A stretch of DNA of 63,754 nucleotides, filler included, from Bigelowiella natans CCMP2755 (Eukaryota > Protista > Cercozoa), in the NCBI GenBank assembly GCA_000320545.1. It is 4 parts of 4 records of this genome, joined end to end, with 100 filler letters (N's around TTAATTAATTAA, not from the genome) between each part and the next. Parts side by side here need not be neighbours in the genome. Positions count along the whole stretch, not along the records: positions 57,303 to 63,754 come from ADNK01001102.1; 3 more parts are not named here. The stretch is one strand, 5' to 3'. How positions within the stretch are numbered: the first letter of the stretch is position 1; each line of letters begins with the position of its first letter. Both the position numbers and the translations under genes were made by a program. Shown here in pieces: positions 58,872-63,754 of the stretch. A model generated the notes under the pieces. The model had not been told where the DNA came from, did not search any database, and saw only the letters and a program-made list of their open reading frames with translations.

Positions 58872-59241
58872 GAGAGAGTATGGTCGCTTTCCACGTAAAA
58901 CGGAATTTCATCGTATTCACATCGGAATATCCGAAAATCCTTTTGCTGTTTCCCCCTTTTTTCCCTCCTCCCCCTCCTCCTCCTCCTCCTCTTCTTCTTA
59001 CTTGTGTATTCTCAATGTGGGGCAGGTTATGGAGATATCGAAGAGAATACACGGGGATAGTGCACGGGAGGTCATGTCAGTGAAGAACAAAGTGGAAGAA
59101 GCGAAAGGGGTACAGATACGCCTTTGCAAGCAACAATTTGCTTCTTCTTCTTCACGTTGCGTTTTACCTAAATCCGAAGGAGAGAGGGGGGGGGGGAGGG
59201 GGAGAGAGATTGTACGTCTATATATGTCTAGGCTGTGTGTG

Positions 59242-59280
<39 letters not shown>

Positions 59281-59528
59281 CTCAGAAAGCAGAGGAGATC
59301 AAGACGTACAGGGAGGCATTGAAAGAACAACAGAAGGGGTTGGTACTCAAAGATCATACAAAACACGGAAGAAGTAGTAGTGGAAACGCTTGTTGGAAGA
59401 CGACAACCGAATATACACGAAAGAAAATCTTATCCCAAAACAACAAGTGCGTGCTCTTCCTGGCGTGCAGACGTAAATCAATCCACGGCGGTGTCGTTCT
59501 GCAGTCTGGGGGGGGGGGGGTCGAAATA

Positions 59529-59566
<38 letters not shown>

Positions 59567-59956
59567 TGAGAGGTAAATGAGTTTCAGAATTGACAGCGAG
59601 TGATACGAAATCTTATGATGTACAACGCTGATAGGTCGGAGGACTGGGCACAGACGATGCACGATCTGGCCATGGCATTTTGCGAGGCTGATATGTATTC
59701 AAAGGTTGCTTACTCATCCACACACACACACACACACACGTGTACGCGTCGTCACATATCGGATACTAACAATGAGCGCGTGTGTGTGTTTGTGTGTGTG
59801 TGTGTGTGTAACATCATGGACAAAATCGACCGTTCAAAGGGCTTGGAGATCGCCAAAGAAGCTCGCAAACAGATTGCCGATAACATGGAAATCGCACAGG
59901 ATCTCGACATCCTCATCGAGCACGCGACGACAGAAATCAACGATGGTAATTTGTGA
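57550..59956 (+). CDS. TPR-repeat protein (kinesin-light-chain/TPR_12-like); 5' end lies in the gap
   Basis: Exons YGDDHPELVVVNN/GMATTLF, GDYSRSINLLIDSLRIMERLHGTEHILSV, VMEISKRIHGDSAREV, WAQTMHDLAMAFCEADMYSK/GLEIAKEA. Stop at 59956. Confidence 0.7.
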
Positions 59957-60812
59957 CACAAGCTTCGCCCATCGATCATCCAGGCATAAGAGCAACTACC
60001 GTACCTGGATCGACTACATGCATGCAGCATGCTACATGCAGCAGGGTAGTCTTGATGGGAGTAGCAGCATAGAAGCTACTGCTGCTCATAATGAATTTAG
60101 ATCTCGCATTAACAGGATGTCTGTGCATTGCCGAACAAGAACTCATCATTTGTCATTCCCATTCATCTGCCGTGCGATGCACACCACCCCCACTAGCCCA
60201 TCTCTGTCTAGCGCGACTACAGTGCCATAGCATTGTCATGCATCACTGCAGCACGTGCGATGCCGTGTTGGAAAACAAGAGGAGCAATGTATAGGGATAG
60301 ATCATGGTTGCCACGTGTGTGCATGGTTCACAATTCACAATGTGATACGATGTGCTGTTCCGTGTGCGAAGCGATGCTAGTAGTTGCACATCGCAACGAC
60401 GTGCTGGTTTGCATGATGCGACAGACACAGCAATGTCACACATGCAATGCACAATGCATGCATCATCACATGTCACATTGGCGCTGTGTAGCCGCTGCAT
60501 TGCACAGCTGTGCTACACTAGGATGACTATGTTGAACAAATTCAATTGATTGATCATATCCGTCATGTGTTGTAAGTGAGGATGCATTTGCGAAGCAATG
60601 CTGCTGTCATGTGCGTGGTTGTGCCGTGCCATGTGTTTTGCATGAACAAAGCAAGAAAAACACATGCTGATGAGCCTTGCATGGGCACTGCAAACAAGAA
60701 ACCAAATTGCATGATGATGGATCATTTAGCTAGTGCTCCTCCAGTAAAAAAATGAATGAAAAGGGCATCGCAAGCCATTTCTGCAGAAAAATTTTGGCAA
60801 AGCTTCCATGTT

Positions 60813-62346
60813 TCACGTAGCAATCCGAAGCCACTCCCCGGATTTGAAGTGAACAATGCCATCACGGCTACCACCAACCGCAAACAGCTTGCCATCCCCA
60901 ACAGCCACACCCAAAGTGTCCCTCCTAGTCTGCATGTCAGGCAACTTCTTCCACCCCGCCGCCATGTCCTTCAATTCAAGATACTCCCCAGATTCATGAC
61001 GACAACCGCCAACCGCAAACAGCTTGCCACCCCCAACAGTCACTCCCAATTCACTCCTCGTAGTCCACATGTCAGGGAGTCTCTTCCACCCCGCCGCCAT
61101 GTCCTTCAAATCCAGATACTCCCCAGATCTGTGCTTGAAACTGCCATCCTTTCCACCAACCGCAAACAGTTTGCCATCCCCAACAGCCACACCCAAGCTT
61201 CCCCTCTGAGTGCGCATGTCAGGGAGTCTCTTCCATCCCGCCTTCAAATCTTCAAAATCCAGATACTCCCCAGATCTGTGCCAATCACTGTCATCCCACC
61301 CACCAACCGCAAAACAGCTTGGCATCGCCAACAGCTACCCCCAACCCGCTCCTCTTAGTCAGCATGTCAGGCAGTTCCTTCCACCCCCCCGCCATGTCCT
61401 TCAAATTCAGACACTGCCCAGATTTGAGACTATATCCAAACCTAGCACTTCCACCAAGTGCAAACAGCTTGCCATCCGCAACAGCCACACCCAATCTGCC
61501 CCTCTGAGTCTGCATGTCAGGAAGTTCTTTCCACCCCCCCTCCATGTCCTTCAAGTCTAGATATTCCCCAGATCCAAGCCGACCAAATCCGTACCTGACG
61601 CTTCCACCAACCGCAAACAACTTGCCATCCCCAATGGCTACACCCAATCTGCCCCTTTGAGTTCGCATGTGAGGCAGTGCTTTCCACCCATCTTTCACAA
61701 GGTCCTCAAACATCTTCGTTTCCTGCTCTGCCTCTTCTTTTAGCTTCATCTTTTTCACCTCTTCTTTCAATTTCGTCTCTGCTTCTTCAACAGTTTTCAC
61801 AAGTCTCGCTTCATTTTGTTTCCTTCTACTCACGTCTTCTTTGAAAATTTTCTCTGATTGCTCCAACCTTTTGACAAGTTCCATAAATTTCGCTTCGTTG
61901 TGTTTTCTCTTTTCTACTTCTTCTTCTAATTCTTTCTTAGTTCGGCTTAAAGTGTTTTTCAAATTAGAAAATTGAGAATTTGTGTCTCTCAGCTTGACCA
62001 TTTCCGATTCTAGTCTCGTGATTTCATAAGCTCTGAACTTTTTACACTTTCCGGAGAAACACCAGAATGCAACGACGTACAAAGCAGAAAGAAAGACGAA
62101 CATGAATCCCGCCAAGAGTACACCTGGTGTTTCCTCTAGAATAGCTGCATACTTGCCCACAATGCCCCCGAGGCCCTTAGACGGAGGAGAGACGACAACA
62201 GATGGGCATCCAGCCCATTTTCGAAGGGCGAATTCGATTGCTTCCCAAGTCCGAGCAGTCTCGACCGTGGCGAGAAAGGCATCTGATTTCAACATTTGAT
62301 GATTGTGCTTGTTCGGTTGCGTTGACTTTTGACCTTTGACTTGCAC
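60813..62346 (-). CDS. TM + coiled-coil + six Kelch repeats; one frameshift at ~61311 (pseudogene or homopolymer error)
   Basis: Six ~49-aa units WKxLPxMxTxRxxLGVxxxxxKLFAxGG...SGExL. Upstream K/E-rich coiled coil and hydrophobic VLLAGFMFVFLSALYVVAFW. The unit at 61311 has AAAA where the other units have AAA. Confidence 0.8.
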
Positions 62347-62734
62347 TGACCTTCACGTCCAAGGCCGTTTTCACCGCGGCGCAAAATATTATTGGTTTGT
62401 CGCACTTCAAGAAGGGATTCCTTTCTTTCTCGAGAAACCGGAGCCGAAGCAGCATCCGAAGAATCATGCGAGAAACTTTCCAAATGAAACAGTGAAACTC
62501 CATGGTTTTTCCAACATGACTACAACCATCGGATGGAGTTACTTGAGGAACGAGAACTTTCTGCTCGGCTTCCAGATGAGGGAGAAAGACAGTTGTTCGA
62601 TGTTCGGCTCCAGGGAAGGTTCAATGTGCAATGTTCCAATTACACCCGAGCGTCCTGCTTGAAGATCTGAGTTCTGCTTCTGGCATCCACGGATGAACTT
62701 GCTGGAGGGGCGCGGTCGCATGTGCACTCAGGCG

Positions 62735-63754
62735 TGTAGCGCGTACCACTACGCGGGCACAAGTCACGTGCGACAACAAAGGGGTTGTCGCGGATATAGA
62801 ATATAGATAACGTAGATATTAATACAGCATAGGCACGTGGGTTCCGGCGGGACTCATGGCAGCACACCGGAAGTGTGCTGCCCCACGTGCGGCGGCATTC
62901 GCGAAAGCTTCGCGAATGATTACGCAGTGCACGATTTAATAAAAATATAATCTTTAATAAAAATAAACACAACTCTTCAAAAGGAAGCAAACGTGCCTTT
63001 CCCCCCCCCTGCCTACTTGTGCACGTAGCGCCTCGGCCTGTGAACACCTTACGCGCAACAACCTTTGGCTTCCACACACGGGAAACGATTTGACTAACAA
63101 TGTCACAGCAGCTAGAAGAACAGCAGGACTTTGGCTCGCAGGCCGTGCAAGGGCACGAGCAGAAACAGGAAAGGAAGGGCGATACGGACGCTAAGGAAGG
63201 AGGAGGAACACCTCCACAGGCACCGCCGGGACCAGCACCCGGGATTAAGAAAGCAGATGCAGCAGCAGAGGCACTGGAGAACTTCTACGAGGCGGACGAC
63301 GAGGACGTGGCCGCCGAAAGCAAGAAGGTCGTAATGGCATTACGAGCCTTGCGACCCAGGGCGAGCAACTACGCCAAACTGAAAGTATCGATAGAATACA
63401 AGTATCAGACACATGATGTTTGGGCAGCTATCATGCAGGACATCATGGATTACGAAGCAGACTTACCTCCAGAGTGGGCAGCTTTGTTTAGGAACGACGG
63501 GGGTCTGGGCGCCTCGCGGGGGACGACCCAGAGCACCGTCAAGCAGCAGCAGCCGGTACAGCGGAACACCCAGTTCATGTCTGTTAAAACAGCACCGGTT
63601 ATGATAACGAAATACAACGGGAAAAGAGGTGAGGCAAGGAGGTGGTGGAAGAACGCTAGGAGTATACTCTGCGACTTTACCCCTAACCCCACCGAAAACG
63701 ACAAGCTCAAATGGCTAGCTATATAAGCAAGCCATGGACCTTTACGAGACAGGC
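62735..63754 (+). mobile_element. Ty3/Gypsy LTR retrotransposon, copy 2 (5' LTR 62735-63060, PBS, gag from 63100)
   Basis: Same sequence as 52815 onward (offset 9920) but with a different upstream flank (AGGCG vs TTCTA). It continues into gag, so it is not the 3' LTR of copy 1. Confidence 0.93.
63100..63754 (+). CDS. Gag N-terminus of copy 2 (partial)
   Basis: Translation identical to the 53180 ORF until the last ~30 nt of the window. Confidence 0.9.

Noticed and set aside
60813-61700. Regularly spaced ~147-nt repeats as a CRISPR-like array
   Set aside because: They are in-frame Kelch coding repeats with no unique spacers.
62735-63060. Second LTR as the 3' LTR of a giant element capturing the TPR and Kelch genes
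   Set aside because: It is followed by PBS and gag, so it is the 5' LTR of another copy; no polypurine tract is evident before it.

Overview
Eukaryotic, intron-rich nuclear DNA with GT-AG introns, many of them filled with microsatellites. Two genes carry signal-peptide plus transit-like leaders, which suggests an alga with a secondary plastid (chlorarachniophyte-like; inference only). Three 100-nt scaffold gaps contain a TTAATTAATTAA linker. Genes reconstructed by hand-splicing exons: a NEF1-like membrane protein (-); a secretory-leader acidic protein with a basic tail (+); a large DEP/dDENN-like/PH/LRR signalling protein (-); a hypothetical protein (-); a bipartite-leader membrane protein (-); an HMA domain followed, across a gap, by a Kv-type K+ channel (+); a Cdc123/D123-type ATP-grasp ending in CaaX (-) head-to-head with a membrane-anchored TupA-like ATP-grasp (+); a PAQR/AdipoR-like protein (+); an R2R3-Myb gene apparently extending into a GNAT domain (-); a TPR protein (+); and a TM/coiled-coil/Kelch gene (-). 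There are also two essentially identical young Ty3/Gypsy insertions. The most striking unexplained signal is a set of intergenic tracts that have lost almost all TpA except inside CTAG and are rich in TG/CA. This looks like a context-specific T:A->C:G hypermutation process, opposite in direction to fungal RIP. Exon boundaries are manual estimates and family calls come from motif recognition, not database searches.
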